Part shown: positions 17,930 through 28,020 of the stretch, in pieces
How positions within the stretch are numbered: position 1 is the first letter of the stretch
Layout: every line of letters starts with the position of its first letter
Source of the DNA: Bacteroidales bacterium
GTDB taxonomy: Bacteria; Bacteroidota; Bacteroidia; Bacteroidales; UBA12077
Assembly: GCA_050179935.1 (NCBI GenBank)
Contig: JBFXEQ010000005.1
Coordinates: 39,738-103,737, forward strand
Direction: 5' to 3'
Length of the DNA stretch: 64,000 nucleotides
The notes under the pieces: model-generated
Seen by the model: the letters and a program-made list of their open reading frames with translations, nothing else
Told to the model about the DNA's origin: nothing
Database searches by the model: none
Made by a program: the position numbers and the translations under genes

Positions 17930-19891
17930 ATGTCATACCTAAATATAAATAAAGACGAATTAATCAACCTCGAATATTCATTAAAAAAGGAGATTTTGAG
18001 CACAAATCGGGCAGGTGGATATTTGAGTACAACAATTATTTTATGTAATACCCGTAAATATCACGGATTAATGGTATTACCAATAAAAGAATTTGATGAC
18101 GAAAACCATGTACTACTTTCGTCTGTTGATGAAACAATAATTCAACGGGGTAAATTATTTAATTTAGGTATTCATAAGTTTCCTGGAGTTGGCATATACG
18201 AGCCCCATGGACACAAGTATATCGCTGATTTTGAGTATGATCCTACACCAACTATTATTTACCGAGTAGGCGGAGTAATTCTTAAAAAAGAACTTTTATT
18301 TGTGCATAACGAAGAGCATTTTATGATTCGTTATACTCTTTTAGATGCTCATTCACCAACCCGGATAAGAATAAAACCATTTCTTGCTTTTAGAAATATT
18401 CATAAACTATCTAAAGCAAATTTGTTTGCAAATACCAAGTATAAGACAATAAACAATGGTGTAAAATACAAACTTTATTCAGGGTTTCCCTACTTAAACA
18501 TGCAGTTAAACAAAACAAATGAGTTTGTTGCATCACCCGATTGGTATTATAACATAGAATATTTACAAGAATTAAACAGAGGATATGATTTTCAGGAAGA
18601 TCTATTTGTTCCGGGCTTCTTCGAGGTTCCGATAAAAAAAGGAGAATCAGTTATTTTCTCAGCATCAACCACCGAAATAAATCCTACAGGATTAACCCGT
18701 AAGTTTGAATCGGAGCTTAAACGCAGGCCACCAAAAGATAATTTCGAAAATTGTTTGAAAAATGCAGCACACCAGTTTTTAGTTCAACGCGAAAAAACTA
18801 CCGAAATAGTTGCAGGATATCCCTGGTTTGGTCGATGGGGCCGTGATACATTTATCTCATTGCCCGGACTTACAATCTGCACAGGCGATCTTAAATCGTG
18901 CAAACAGGTGCTCGATACCATGTCTCATGAGTTAAAAGGAGGTTTGTTTCCAAATATAGGCAAAAACAGTAATGCCGCATTTAACTCAGTGGATGCTCCA
19001 TTATGGTTTTTTTGGACTTTGCAGATGTATGCAAAAGCGTTAAACTCAGAAAAAACCATATGGGGTGATTATGGTAAAAAGATGAAACAGATTCTCGAAA
19101 ATTATCGCAAAGGTCTTGAGTACAATATAAAAATGCACGACAAAGGATTAATTTGGCAAGGTGAGCATGGCAGAGCTCTTACATGGATGGATGCTGTAGT
19201 TGATGGAAAACCAGTTACTCCTCGCATTGGATATGCTGTTGAAATAAACGCTCTCTGGTATAATGCTGTTTGTTATACCTTAAGACTAGCCAACGAATTT
19301 GGAGATAAAAATTTTGTAAATGAATGGAGAGATATTCCTGAATTAACAAAAAAATCGTTTAATGAACTGTTTTGGTTTGAAGAAAAAGGATATTTATATG
19401 ATCTTATAACAACTGAACCCTCCGACAAAGGGGTACGACCAAATCAGGTTTTTGCTGTATCGTTACCATTCAGTCCGCTCGATGAATCTCAGAAAAGGTC
19501 TGTGCTTACAGTTGTTGAAAAGGAATTGCTTACACCTAAAGGATTAAGAACTCTTTCGCCTAAAAACCACAACTATCATGGCCGATACGAAGGAAATCAG
19601 GCCGAAAGAGATAATGCATATCACCAGGGAACAGTTTGGCCATGGTTACTTGGCCATTTTGCCGAAGCAAACCTTGCAGTTTATGGCGACGATGCTATTC
19701 CGTTAATTGAAAATATCATTAACAACTTTAAGGAAGAAATGAATAAATACGGATTAAGCACCATTCCAGAGATTTATGATGGAGATCCACCTCAACACAG
19801 TAAAGGTGCTATTTCACAAGCATGGAGTGTCGGCGAAATATTACGAATATATTGTATGTTAAAAGAATATAAAAAGAGTAAACACTTATAA
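17930..19891 (+). CDS. Glycogen debranching enzyme (amylo-alpha-1,6-glucosidase, GDE_N + GDE_C type)
   Basis: N-terminal 'NRAGGY.STTI..CNTRKYHGL', then 'GYPWFGRWGRDTFISLPGL' and 'QGTVWPWLLGHF'. Confidence 0.9.
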   Translation: MSYLNINKDELINLEYSLKKEILSTNRAGGYLSTTIILCNTRKYHGLMVLPIKEFDDENHVLLSSVDETIIQRGKLFNLGIHKFPGVGIYEPHGHKYIADFEYDPTPTIIYRVGGVILKKELLFVHNEEHFMIRYTLLDAHSPTRIRIKPFLAFRNIHKLSKANLFANTKYKTINNGVKYKLYSGFPYLNMQLNKTNEFVASPDWYYNIEYLQELNRGYDFQEDLFVPGFFEVPIKKGESVIFSASTTEINPTGLTRKFESELKRRPPKDNFENCLKNAAHQFLVQREKTTEIVAGYPWFGRWGRDTFISLPGLTICTGDLKSCKQVLDTMSHELKGGLFPNIGKNSNAAFNSVDAPLWFFWTLQMYAKALNSEKTIWGDYGKKMKQILENYRKGLEYNIKMHDKGLIWQGEHGRALTWMDAVVDGKPVTPRIGYAVEINALWYNAVCYTLRLANEFGDKNFVNEWRDIPELTKKSFNELFWFEEKGYLYDLITTEPSDKGVRPNQVFAVSLPFSPLDESQKRSVLTVVEKELLTPKGLRTLSPKNHNYHGRYEGNQAERDNAYHQGTVWPWLLGHFAEANLAVYGDDAIPLIENIINNFKEEMNKYGLSTIPEIYDGDPPQHSKGAISQAWSVGEILRIYCMLKEYKKSKHL

Positions 19892-19902
19892 ATAAATTAG
19901 TC

Positions 19903-20115
19903 ATGGCAAAAAAAGAAGAAAAAACCAAATCAAAAGCTGCTCCCAAAAAACCGGTAGCAAAAAAAGTAACTGAAAAACCAAAAGTTAAAAAGACACAAGT
20001 TACAGACGAAGAAATAAAAGCCAGAGCATATGAGATTTATGTTGAAAACGGTTATCAGGGAAGTGAATTGGAAAATTGGATAAAAGCTGAAAAAGAGCTA
20101 ACAGGTAGAAAATAG
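19903..20115 (+). CDS. DUF2934-family small protein with a lysine-rich N-terminal tail
   Basis: 'IKARAYEIYVENGYQGSELENWIKAEKEL' is DUF2934-like. It is preceded by 'AKKEEKTKSKAAPKKPVAKKVTEKPKVKK'. Confidence 0.7.
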   Translation: MAKKEEKTKSKAAPKKPVAKKVTEKPKVKKTQVTDEEIKARAYEIYVENGYQGSELENWIKAEKELTGRK

Positions 20116-20174
20116 ATAAGTATTAATTTGCTTTGTTACCGGAATGATTAATTAAAAATGTAATTTCAAAACGG

Positions 20175-21458
20175 ATGAGAGTACTCATGTTTGGATGGGA
20201 GTTTCCGCCACATATTACGGGTGGATTAGGAACAGCCTGCTATGGCCTGGTAAAAGGCCTTGCAAAAAATGGTGTCGATGTTTTATTTGTTGTTCCAAAA
20301 GCTTTTGGCGATGAAGACAATCAGGTTGCACGAATTATAAATGCATCTGATGTTGAAATTAACAAGGAGACTCTTTTAATTGAAGATTTTTGGAAAAAAA
20401 TAACCTTAATGGAAATTGGTTCAAACCTTATACCATATGTTTCGCCCGAGGAATTTAAGCGCATTGTTGATCAAACACTATTAGACAAAACTGATATTGA
20501 GCATTCTATTTACAGAACCAAATACACCTTTTCGGGAAAATACGGAAAGGATTTGATGGAAGAAGTTTCAAGATATGCTCTGATAGCTTCTGTACTTGCA
20601 TCAAAAAATAATTTTGATATTATTCATGCTCACGACTGGCTTACATATCCTGCAGGAATTGCAGCAAAATCGGTATCGGGCAAACCACTAGTTATTCATG
20701 TACATGCCACTGAATTCGACAGATCCGGCGAAAACATCAATCAAAATGTTTATGACATTGAACGCAAAGGAATGGAAGCTGCAGACAGAGTTATTTGCGT
20801 TAGCAATTATACCCGAAACATTGTAATTAATCGTTATAATATTGATGAATCAAAGGTATTTACTGTACATAATGCTGTTGAATTTGAAAAGGAGGATAAT
20901 GCCCACGAATGGCAAAAATCGGTTCCTGAAAAAGTAGTTACCTTCTTGGGTAGAGTTACTTTTCAGAAAGGCCCCGATTATTTTGTTGAAGCAGCAAATA
21001 GGGTTTTACAAAAAGATCCAAATGTTCGATTTGTGATGGCCGGCAGTGGCGATATGCTAAATCGCATGATACGGCGTGTTGCCGAATTGCGCATTAGCGA
21101 AAAGTTCCATTTTACTGGATTTTTAAAAGGTGATGATGTCAATCGGCTTTTTATGCAAAGTGATTTATATGTTATGCCTTCGGTATCAGAGCCTTTTGGA
21201 ATTTCGCCACTCGAAGCAATGAGAGCAAGCGTTCCAGTAATTATATCTAAGCAATCAGGAGTATCTGAAGTGCTAAAACATGCCATAAAAATCGATTTTT
21301 GGGATATCGATGCAATGGCCGATGCAATTTACGGAATCATTAACTACGATGCTTTGTCTAGATTTTTCAGGCGTAATGGACAGGAAGAAGTATTGCATCT
21401 TAAATGGGAGAACGCAGCTTTTCAGGTTAATTCAATTTATCGATCCATATTTAATTGA
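20175..21458 (+). CDS. Glycosyltransferase family 4/5-like alpha-glucan (glycogen) synthase
   Basis: 'MRVLMFGWEFPPHITGGLGTACYGL' N-terminus and the GT-B C-terminal motif 'PSVSEPFGISPLEAM'. Confidence 0.85.
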   Translation: MRVLMFGWEFPPHITGGLGTACYGLVKGLAKNGVDVLFVVPKAFGDEDNQVARIINASDVEINKETLLIEDFWKKITLMEIGSNLIPYVSPEEFKRIVDQTLLDKTDIEHSIYRTKYTFSGKYGKDLMEEVSRYALIASVLASKNNFDIIHAHDWLTYPAGIAAKSVSGKPLVIHVHATEFDRSGENINQNVYDIERKGMEAADRVICVSNYTRNIVINRYNIDESKVFTVHNAVEFEKEDNAHEWQKSVPEKVVTFLGRVTFQKGPDYFVEAANRVLQKDPNVRFVMAGSGDMLNRMIRRVAELRISEKFHFTGFLKGDDVNRLFMQSDLYVMPSVSEPFGISPLEAMRASVPVIISKQSGVSEVLKHAIKIDFWDIDAMADAIYGIINYDALSRFFRRNGQEEVLHLKWENAAFQVNSIYRSIFN

Positions 21459-21478
21459 AATTTTAAGATTACAACTAT

Positions 21479-22963
21479 ATGAGAACTATCTGTTTTTACT
21501 TTCAGGTTCATCAACCATTCAGATTAAAACGTTACCGATTTTTTGATATTGGTGCCCGACATAATTATTTCGATGATTATGCCAACCGATCAATCATGCG
21601 AAAAGTATCTGAAAAATGCTATTTACCCACAAATCAATTATTTCTTGATTTGATAAAAGAATATGGTTACAGATTTAAAATAAGTTATTCACTTTCAGGC
21701 ACTTTAATTGATCAACTTGAAATGTATGCTCCCGATGTGCTGGATAGCTTTAAACGACTTGCCGAAACCGGTTGTGTTGAGTTTCTTTCCGAAACCTATT
21801 CGCACTCTTTATCATCATTAAAAAGCCGTGAGGAATTTGAGAAACAAGTAGCCATGCATGATGAAAAAATAAAAGAACACTTTAATCAAACGCCCAAAGT
21901 ATTTCGTAATACTGAGTTAATTTATTCTGATACTATTGGTGCAATGGTTTCGGAGATGGGATTTAAAGCCATGCTTTGCGAAGGAGCCAAACATGTGCTG
22001 GGATGGAAAAGCCCCAATTATGCATATACCAATGCCATTGACCCTAAACTTAAACTTCTGTTAAAAAACTTTAAGTTAAGCGATGATATTGCTTTTCGTT
22101 TCTCGAACAGAGCTTGGGATGAGTGGCCTTTAACAACAGAAAAGTATGTCGATTGGCTCAATGCTGTCGATAAAAAAGAAGAGATTATAAATTTATTTAT
22201 GGATTACGAAACATTTGGCGAGCATCAATGGGCCGAAACGGGAATCTTTGAGTTTATGCGTCATTTGCCCAACAGAATCTTTTCACATTCTGATTACGAG
22301 TTCCTTACACCTTCTGAGGCTGCTGAAAAACATCAGCCAGTAGCCATGATGCATGTTCCACATCCTATTTCGTGGGCCGACGAAGAACGCGACCTTACAG
22401 CCTGGCTTGGTAATGATTTACAGGATGATGCATTCGATAAACTTTATTCTATTCGCGAAAAGATGAAACTGGTTACCGACGAAAACATTCTACGCGACTG
22501 GAAATACCTGCAAACCAGCGATCATTTTTATTATATGTGTACCAAATGGTTCTCCGATGGTGATGTTCATAAATACTTTAATCCGTACGACTCGCCATAC
22601 GATGCATTTATAAATTTTATGAATGCTTTAAGTGATTTTATGCTTCGTGTTGATGAGCATCTGGATCAACAAAACTTAAAACAATTTTTACCCGAAGAAA
22701 TAAATAAACTAATTTCGGAATACGAACTAAAAATCAATGAGTTAAAAGCTATTTCAAAAGAGAAACCAACTAATAAACTCAAAGCAAAAGCCACATCAGC
22801 TAAGAAAAAGGTTGCTATACAAAAAAAATCTACAAAACAAACAACACTAAAAAAAGCAACTCTAAAAAACACAACCAAAGCCGTGGAAAAAACAACAAAA
22901 GCTAAGGTTCCATCAAAAAATAAGGTAAAAAAAACTAACATAAAAACCAAAAAACAAGGATAA
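21479..22963 (+). CDS. Glycoside hydrolase family 57 protein (alpha-amylase / branching-type) with a lysine-rich C-terminal tail
   Basis: 'FYFQVHQPFRLKRY' and 'MDYETFGEHQW' are GH57 signatures. The last ~70 aa are K/T-rich and low-complexity. Confidence 0.85.
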   Translation: MRTICFYFQVHQPFRLKRYRFFDIGARHNYFDDYANRSIMRKVSEKCYLPTNQLFLDLIKEYGYRFKISYSLSGTLIDQLEMYAPDVLDSFKRLAETGCVEFLSETYSHSLSSLKSREEFEKQVAMHDEKIKEHFNQTPKVFRNTELIYSDTIGAMVSEMGFKAMLCEGAKHVLGWKSPNYAYTNAIDPKLKLLLKNFKLSDDIAFRFSNRAWDEWPLTTEKYVDWLNAVDKKEEIINLFMDYETFGEHQWAETGIFEFMRHLPNRIFSHSDYEFLTPSEAAEKHQPVAMMHVPHPISWADEERDLTAWLGNDLQDDAFDKLYSIREKMKLVTDENILRDWKYLQTSDHFYYMCTKWFSDGDVHKYFNPYDSPYDAFINFMNALSDFMLRVDEHLDQQNLKQFLPEEINKLISEYELKINELKAISKEKPTNKLKAKATSAKKKVAIQKKSTKQTTLKKATLKNTTKAVEKTTKAKVPSKNKVKKTNIKTKKQG

Positions 22964-22965
22964 CT

Positions 22966-25900
22966 ATGCAACATCAGATAATAAACGTTCCGGATTACCT
23001 CTTCGAAGTAAGCTGGGAGGTTTGCAATAAAGTTGGTGGAATACATACTGTTATTTCAACAAAAGCTTTGTCGTTGTCAAAGGTTTTAAAAAACAACCAT
23101 ATTTTTATCGGCCCTGATATTATTCGTCATGCGACTGATCATCCCGAGTTTATCGAAGATCGGCAAATGCTAAAATCATGGCGTGAAAGAACAGCCTCCG
23201 AAGGATTAAGAATAAGAATAGGGCATTGGGATATTGTGGGTAAACCAGTTGCTATCCTGGTCGATTTTTCAACTTTTATTTCGCAAAAAGATGAAATATT
23301 TAAGGTTTTTTGGGAGAAATTCAAACTTGATTCACTTGCTGGCCAATGGGATTATATCGAACCAGCTTTATTCGGATATGCCGCAGGTAAAGTAATCGAG
23401 AGCTATTCGAGGTATTTTTTAAGTCGCAGCCATAAAGTCGTGGCCCATTTTCACGAATGGATGACAGGCTCTGGATTACTTTATCTTGATTACGCTGCAC
23501 CACAGATTGCAACTATCTTCACAACTCACGCAACGGTTTTAGGCCGATCAATAGCTGGAAACGGATATCCATTATACGATAATACCGACAAATATAATCC
23601 GGACATTAAGGCCCTTGAATTTAATGTTGTATCAAAACAATCGCTCGAAAAACTTTCAGCGAATGTAGCCGATTGCTTTACTACTGTTAGTGAGATTACA
23701 TCAAAAGAGTGTGCTGCTTTTCTGGGCAAAAATGTCGATCTGGTAACTCCAAATGGGTTTGAAAATAGTTTTGTTCCTTCGGGCGAAGAGTTTAAACTCG
23801 AAAGAGTCGAAGCACGAATTAAGTTTTATGAGCTGGCAGAAGCCCTTTTAACATGCGAAGTTCCCAAAGACAGCATATTTATTGGAATGGGTGGTCGATA
23901 CGAATTTAAGAACAAAGGAATTGATGTGTTTCTAGATGCCTTGGGAGAACTAAATAAGAGCAAAGAACTTAAAAAAAACATCCTTGCTTTTATCATGGTT
24001 CCTGCCGGTCATCACGGTCCTCGAAAAGATGTATTTCACAATCTTATGGATAAAGATAGTGAAAACGTGATTGTGCTTAGCAACAAACATATTACCCATT
24101 ATTTACTCGATCCTGAATCTGATCCGATTCTTCGAAAAGCCCGCGAACTAGGGTTAAATAATAGCGAAACCGATAAGGTGAAATTGTTTTTTGTTCCTTG
24201 CTATCTCGATGGCAACGATGGAATAATAAACAAAACCTATTATCAGATGCTTATAGGTCTCGATTTAACAGTTTTTCCTTCGTATTACGAGCCTTGGGGT
24301 TATACTCCACTCGAAAGTCTTGCGTTCGAAGTTCCAACAATTACCACAACACTTGCCGGATTTGGATTATGGGTTAATAACTATTACAAAAAAGACCATC
24401 CAGGAATTGAAGTCATTAATCGAACTGATACTAACGATAGCCTCGTAGTTGATTCAATGATTAAGTACATTAGTAATTTTGCCGATCTAGATAGTGCATC
24501 GCGTGAGATCTACAAAAAAAATGCTGTAGATGTTTCAGCCATTGCTTTGTGGGAGAACTTAATCGAACATTATTACAAAGCCTATCACATCGCGTTAAGC
24601 AAAGTAAACGAAAGAATTGACAAGTTACTCGATTATGACAGGCAAGAACAAATACCTTATGTTGATCAATTAGTTACTATAAACAAGCCCAATTGGATAA
24701 GGTTAATGATTCAAAAGAACATTCCAAAAAAACTCGAAGCCCTTGATCAAATTTCAAGAAACTATTGGTGGAGCTGGAATCATGAAGCCATTGAGCTTTT
24801 CGAGAGCATCGATCCTGAATTATGGAAAGAAAGTGGCCACAATGCATTTCTTTTTCTCGAGAAGATATCTTTTAAAAAATATCAGCTATTAGAAAAAGAT
24901 GAGGCGTTTATAAAAAAACTAGAAGAAGTATATCAGAGTTTCCTTGCCTACATCAATAAAAAAGAAGGACGCAACGGGCCCAAGATTGCCTATTTTTCGA
25001 TGGAATTTGGTATACACAGTTCACTTAAAATATATTCTGGAGGCTTAGGCATCCTTGCCGGTGATTATTTAAAAGAAGCCAGCGACAAAAACACCGATAT
25101 TATTGGCGTTGGGTTGTTATATCGTTATGGGTATTTTTCTCAGCAAATATCAACCACCGGAATGCAAATTGCTGTTTACGATCCTCAGGATTTTTCAAAA
25201 ATTCCGGCAATTCCTGTGCGCGACGATAAAGGCAACTGGGTTACTGTTTCTATTTCTCTCCCCGGAAGAACATTGTATGCTCGTGTTTGGAAGATACAAA
25301 TCGGACGTACTGATTTGTTATTACTCGATACTGATTTTGAAGATAATTTGCCCGAAGATCGTTCAATTACACATCACTTATACGGAGGAAATCTCGAAAA
25401 CAGGTTAAAACAAGAGTTATTGCTTGGCGTTGGCGGTATAAGAGTGCTTAATGCTCTCGGTATTAGTCCCGATGTTTACCATTGTAACGAAGGTCATGCA
25501 GCGTTTATCGGTATTGAAAGAATAAATAGATTAATTAATAAAGAAAAACTTTCATTCGCTGAATCTTTAGAAGTGGTAAGATCTACATCATTATTTACTA
25601 CTCATACACCGGTTCCTGCAGGACATGATGCCTTCCCCGAAAATCTGCTCCGTACTTATATTGCGCATTATCCGGAAAGATTAAAGATTCCATGGGAACA
25701 GTTTATCGATTTGGGTAAAATAAATTTTGATAATCCAAACGAAAAATTCTCAATGAGTTTTTTGGCAGCCAATTTATCGCAGGAAGTAAACGGAGTAAGT
25801 ATGTTGCACGGAAAAGTGAGTCAGGATATTTTCAAAAATATGTGGCCCGGATATTTCCCCGATGAGTTACATATTGGTTATGTTACCAATGGAGTACATT

Positions 25901-27222
25901 TCCCAACATGGGCTTCGGCTGAATGGAAGAACCTCTGCAATTTAGAATTGGGTTCCGATTTTGCTGATCACAACTATTCCCCTGAGTGCTGGAACAAAGT
26001 TTATGAACTGGGAGATAGTAAGATTTGGGAGATTAGGCAGATACAAAAGAAAAACCTTGTAAATTATATCCGTGCTCGGTTGCTCGAACCCGAAACCATG
26101 AAGTACGATAATCCGAAACAGATTATCGAGATTCGTGAAAAACTACGCGAGAATGTATTAACAATTGGTTTTGCTCGTCGGTTTGCAACCTATAAAAGAG
26201 CATATCTGTTATTCAGAAACATAGAAAGGTTAAGTAAGATTGTAAATCATCCCGAAAAACCTGTTCAGTTTATTTTTGCAGGCAAAGCACATCCAAATGA
26301 TTTAGCCGGACAAGAAATGATTAAGAAGATTGTTGAGGTTTCGAAAAGGCCCGAATTTATTGGAAAAGTTATTTTTCTACAGAATTATGACATGGAACTT
26401 GCCCGAAATATGGTACAGGGTGTAGATATCTGGCTTAATAACCCAACACGCCCGCTCGAAGCATCAGGAACAAGTGGTATGAAAGCAGTAATGAATGGAG
26501 TTCTCCATTTTAGTGTTCTTGATGGATGGTGGGTTGAAGGTTACAAACCCGATGCCGGATGGGCTCTACCCGAAGAGCAAACCTACGAAAATAACGATTA
26601 CCAGGATGAGCTTGATGTGGAAACTATTTATAACATTATTGAAAATGAAATAATTCCTGCCTATTACAGTCGAAATAAAAACGGATTACCCGAGAAATGG
26701 GTTGGATTTATTAAAAATTCTATTGTAAAAGTAGCATCGGAGTTTACCACACATCGAATGATAACCGATTACGAAAACAAATATTATCATAAACTGGCCG
26801 AAAGAGGAAAGCAGATAATTGATAATGATTTTCAGATGGCTAAAGATTTAGCTGCCTGGAAAAAGAATGTGTCACGAAATTGGGAAAACATCGAGATCGT
26901 CTCCATAAAACAATTTGATGTTTCGAAAGAACCTATCGTAATTGGCAAAAAATACAGTACTACAGTAGAAGTAAGATTAAACGGACTAAGTGTAAACGAC
27001 ATCGGAATTGAGCTTGTTGTAGCCGAACCAATCGACAGCGAGAATGTAAAAATTACACATACTCAGGATTTTGAGATGGTAAAAATTGAAGACTCTATTG
27101 CAACATTTACAATGGATATTGTTCCTACTGAGCCCGGAGTATTTGATGCAGGAATAAGAATGTACGCCAAACATCCTGATTTGCCTCACCGACAGGATTT
27201 TTGCCTGGTTAAATGGTTATAG
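22966..27222 (+). CDS. Fusion protein: N-terminal eukaryote-type (GT3-like) glycogen synthase plus C-terminal alpha-glucan phosphorylase (GT35 with a DUF3417 N-domain)
   Basis: N-terminal half: 'LFEVSWEVCNKVGGIHTVI' and 'FPSYYEPWGYTPLESL'. C-terminal half: 'YWWSWNHEAIELFESIDPELW', 'GGLGILAGDYLKEASD' and the PLP-lysine motif 'EASGTSGMKAVMNG'. It is a single uninterrupted 1418-codon ORF. Confidence 0.9.
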   Translation: MQHQIINVPDYLFEVSWEVCNKVGGIHTVISTKALSLSKVLKNNHIFIGPDIIRHATDHPEFIEDRQMLKSWRERTASEGLRIRIGHWDIVGKPVAILVDFSTFISQKDEIFKVFWEKFKLDSLAGQWDYIEPALFGYAAGKVIESYSRYFLSRSHKVVAHFHEWMTGSGLLYLDYAAPQIATIFTTHATVLGRSIAGNGYPLYDNTDKYNPDIKALEFNVVSKQSLEKLSANVADCFTTVSEITSKECAAFLGKNVDLVTPNGFENSFVPSGEEFKLERVEARIKFYELAEALLTCEVPKDSIFIGMGGRYEFKNKGIDVFLDALGELNKSKELKKNILAFIMVPAGHHGPRKDVFHNLMDKDSENVIVLSNKHITHYLLDPESDPILRKARELGLNNSETDKVKLFFVPCYLDGNDGIINKTYYQMLIGLDLTVFPSYYEPWGYTPLESLAFEVPTITTTLAGFGLWVNNYYKKDHPGIEVINRTDTNDSLVVDSMIKYISNFADLDSASREIYKKNAVDVSAIALWENLIEHYYKAYHIALSKVNERIDKLLDYDRQEQIPYVDQLVTINKPNWIRLMIQKNIPKKLEALDQISRNYWWSWNHEAIELFESIDPELWKESGHNAFLFLEKISFKKYQLLEKDEAFIKKLEEVYQSFLAYINKKEGRNGPKIAYFSMEFGIHSSLKIYSGGLGILAGDYLKEASDKNTDIIGVGLLYRYGYFSQQISTTGMQIAVYDPQDFSKIPAIPVRDDKGNWVTVSISLPGRTLYARVWKIQIGRTDLLLLDTDFEDNLPEDRSITHHLYGGNLENRLKQELLLGVGGIRVLNALGISPDVYHCNEGHAAFIGIERINRLINKEKLSFAESLEVVRSTSLFTTHTPVPAGHDAFPENLLRTYIAHYPERLKIPWEQFIDLGKINFDNPNEKFSMSFLAANLSQEVNGVSMLHGKVSQDIFKNMWPGYFPDELHIGYVTNGVHFPTWASAEWKNLCNLELGSDFADHNYSPECWNKVYELGDSKIWEIRQIQKKNLVNYIRARLLEPETMKYDNPKQIIEIREKLRENVLTIGFARRFATYKRAYLLFRNIERLSKIVNHPEKPVQFIFAGKAHPNDLAGQEMIKKIVEVSKRPEFIGKVIFLQNYDMELARNMVQGVDIWLNNPTRPLEASGTSGMKAVMNGVLHFSVLDGWWVEGYKPDAGWALPEEQTYENNDYQDELDVETIYNIIENEIIPAYYSRNKNGLPEKWVGFIKNSIVKVASEFTTHRMITDYENKYYHKLAERGKQIIDNDFQMAKDLAAWKKNVSRNWENIEIVSIKQFDVSKEPIVIGKKYSTTVEVRLNGLSVNDIGIELVVAEPIDSENVKITHTQDFEMVKIEDSIATFTMDIVPTEPGVFDAGIRMYAKHPDLPHRQDFCLVKWL

Positions 27223-27251
27223 GCTATTTAAATTAAGGTTTACAATTAAAA

Positions 27252-27290
27252 GAATATCCTACGAGGGTTTAAAACCCTCGTAGGATATTC
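27252..27290. terminator. Bidirectional intrinsic terminator between convergent genes
   Basis: A perfect long inverted repeat, 'GAATATCCTACGAGGGTTT / AAACCCTCGTAGGATATTC'. Confidence 0.8.
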
Positions 27291-27319
27291 ATGTTAATGT
27301 TTATCAAATAACTTTCAAC

Positions 27320-28018
27320 TTAATCGGTAATACTTAGAATTACTCCAACAGTAGGAATTGTTTCTATTTTAATTCGTGGTTCGTCGTGCAGGTATCGTCG
27401 TATTTTAGAAATAAATACATCAAGGCTTCGTCCGATAAAATAATCTGTTTCGCCCCATACCTCTTTCATAATTTCATCGCGGTTAACTATTTTATTCTGC
27501 GACCGGGCAAGCATAGCCAATATTTTACTTTCCTTAGTTGTCAAACGCCTTGATTCATTATTAATTTTTAATACCTGATTCGGTACATCAAATACTATTT
27601 TTCCAAGAATGTACTCCAGTTTATTGTCCTCAACCAGTACATTGTTTACCCTGTTTAGTATTGATCGTATCCGAAGCAATAGTTCGTCTTCGTCGAAAGG
27701 TTTGGTAATATAGTCGTCTATTCCTATCCCAAAACCTTTTACTTTGTCTTCTTTTAAAGAGCGTGCAGTAAGAAAAATTACAGGTATTCTTTTGTTTATT
27801 GCTCTTATTTGTCCTGCAAGCGTAAAACCATCCATTTGTGGCAACATTACATCTAGTATGCAAAAATCAAATTCAGACGATTTAAATCCATTTAATCCTG
27901 AAACACCATCTCTGTAAAGTTTTACATCAAAACCATTTGATTCTAAAAACTCAAACAACAAAAATCCCAGGTTGGTATCATCCTCAACAAGTAATATTTT
28001 TATTTTTTTATCTTTCAT
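27320..28018 (-). CDS. OmpR/PhoB-family response regulator
   Basis: Receiver domain ('ILLVEDD', 'DFCILDVMLPQMDG', 'LTA', 'KPF') plus a winged-helix Trans_reg_C domain. Confidence 0.9.
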   Translation of the reverse strand: MKDKKIKILLVEDDTNLGFLLFEFLESNGFDVKLYRDGVSGLNGFKSSEFDFCILDVMLPQMDGFTLAGQIRAINKRIPVIFLTARSLKEDKVKGFGIGIDDYITKPFDEDELLLRIRSILNRVNNVLVEDNKLEYILGKIVFDVPNQVLKINNESRRLTTKESKILAMLARSQNKIVNRDEIMKEVWGETDYFIGRSLDVFISKIRRYLHDEPRIKIETIPTVGVILSITD

Positions 28019-28020
28019 AG

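Noticed and set aside
22666-23046. 126-aa minus-strand ORF across the GH57 / fusion-gene junction
   Set aside because: It is the antisense product of the lysine-rich (AAA/AAG-rich) tail, which reads as a Phe-rich artefact on the other strand.
25103-25408. 101-aa plus-strand ORF inside the synthase-phosphorylase gene
   Set aside because: It is in an alternative frame of a strongly supported 1418-codon ORF, and nothing supports an overlapping gene.
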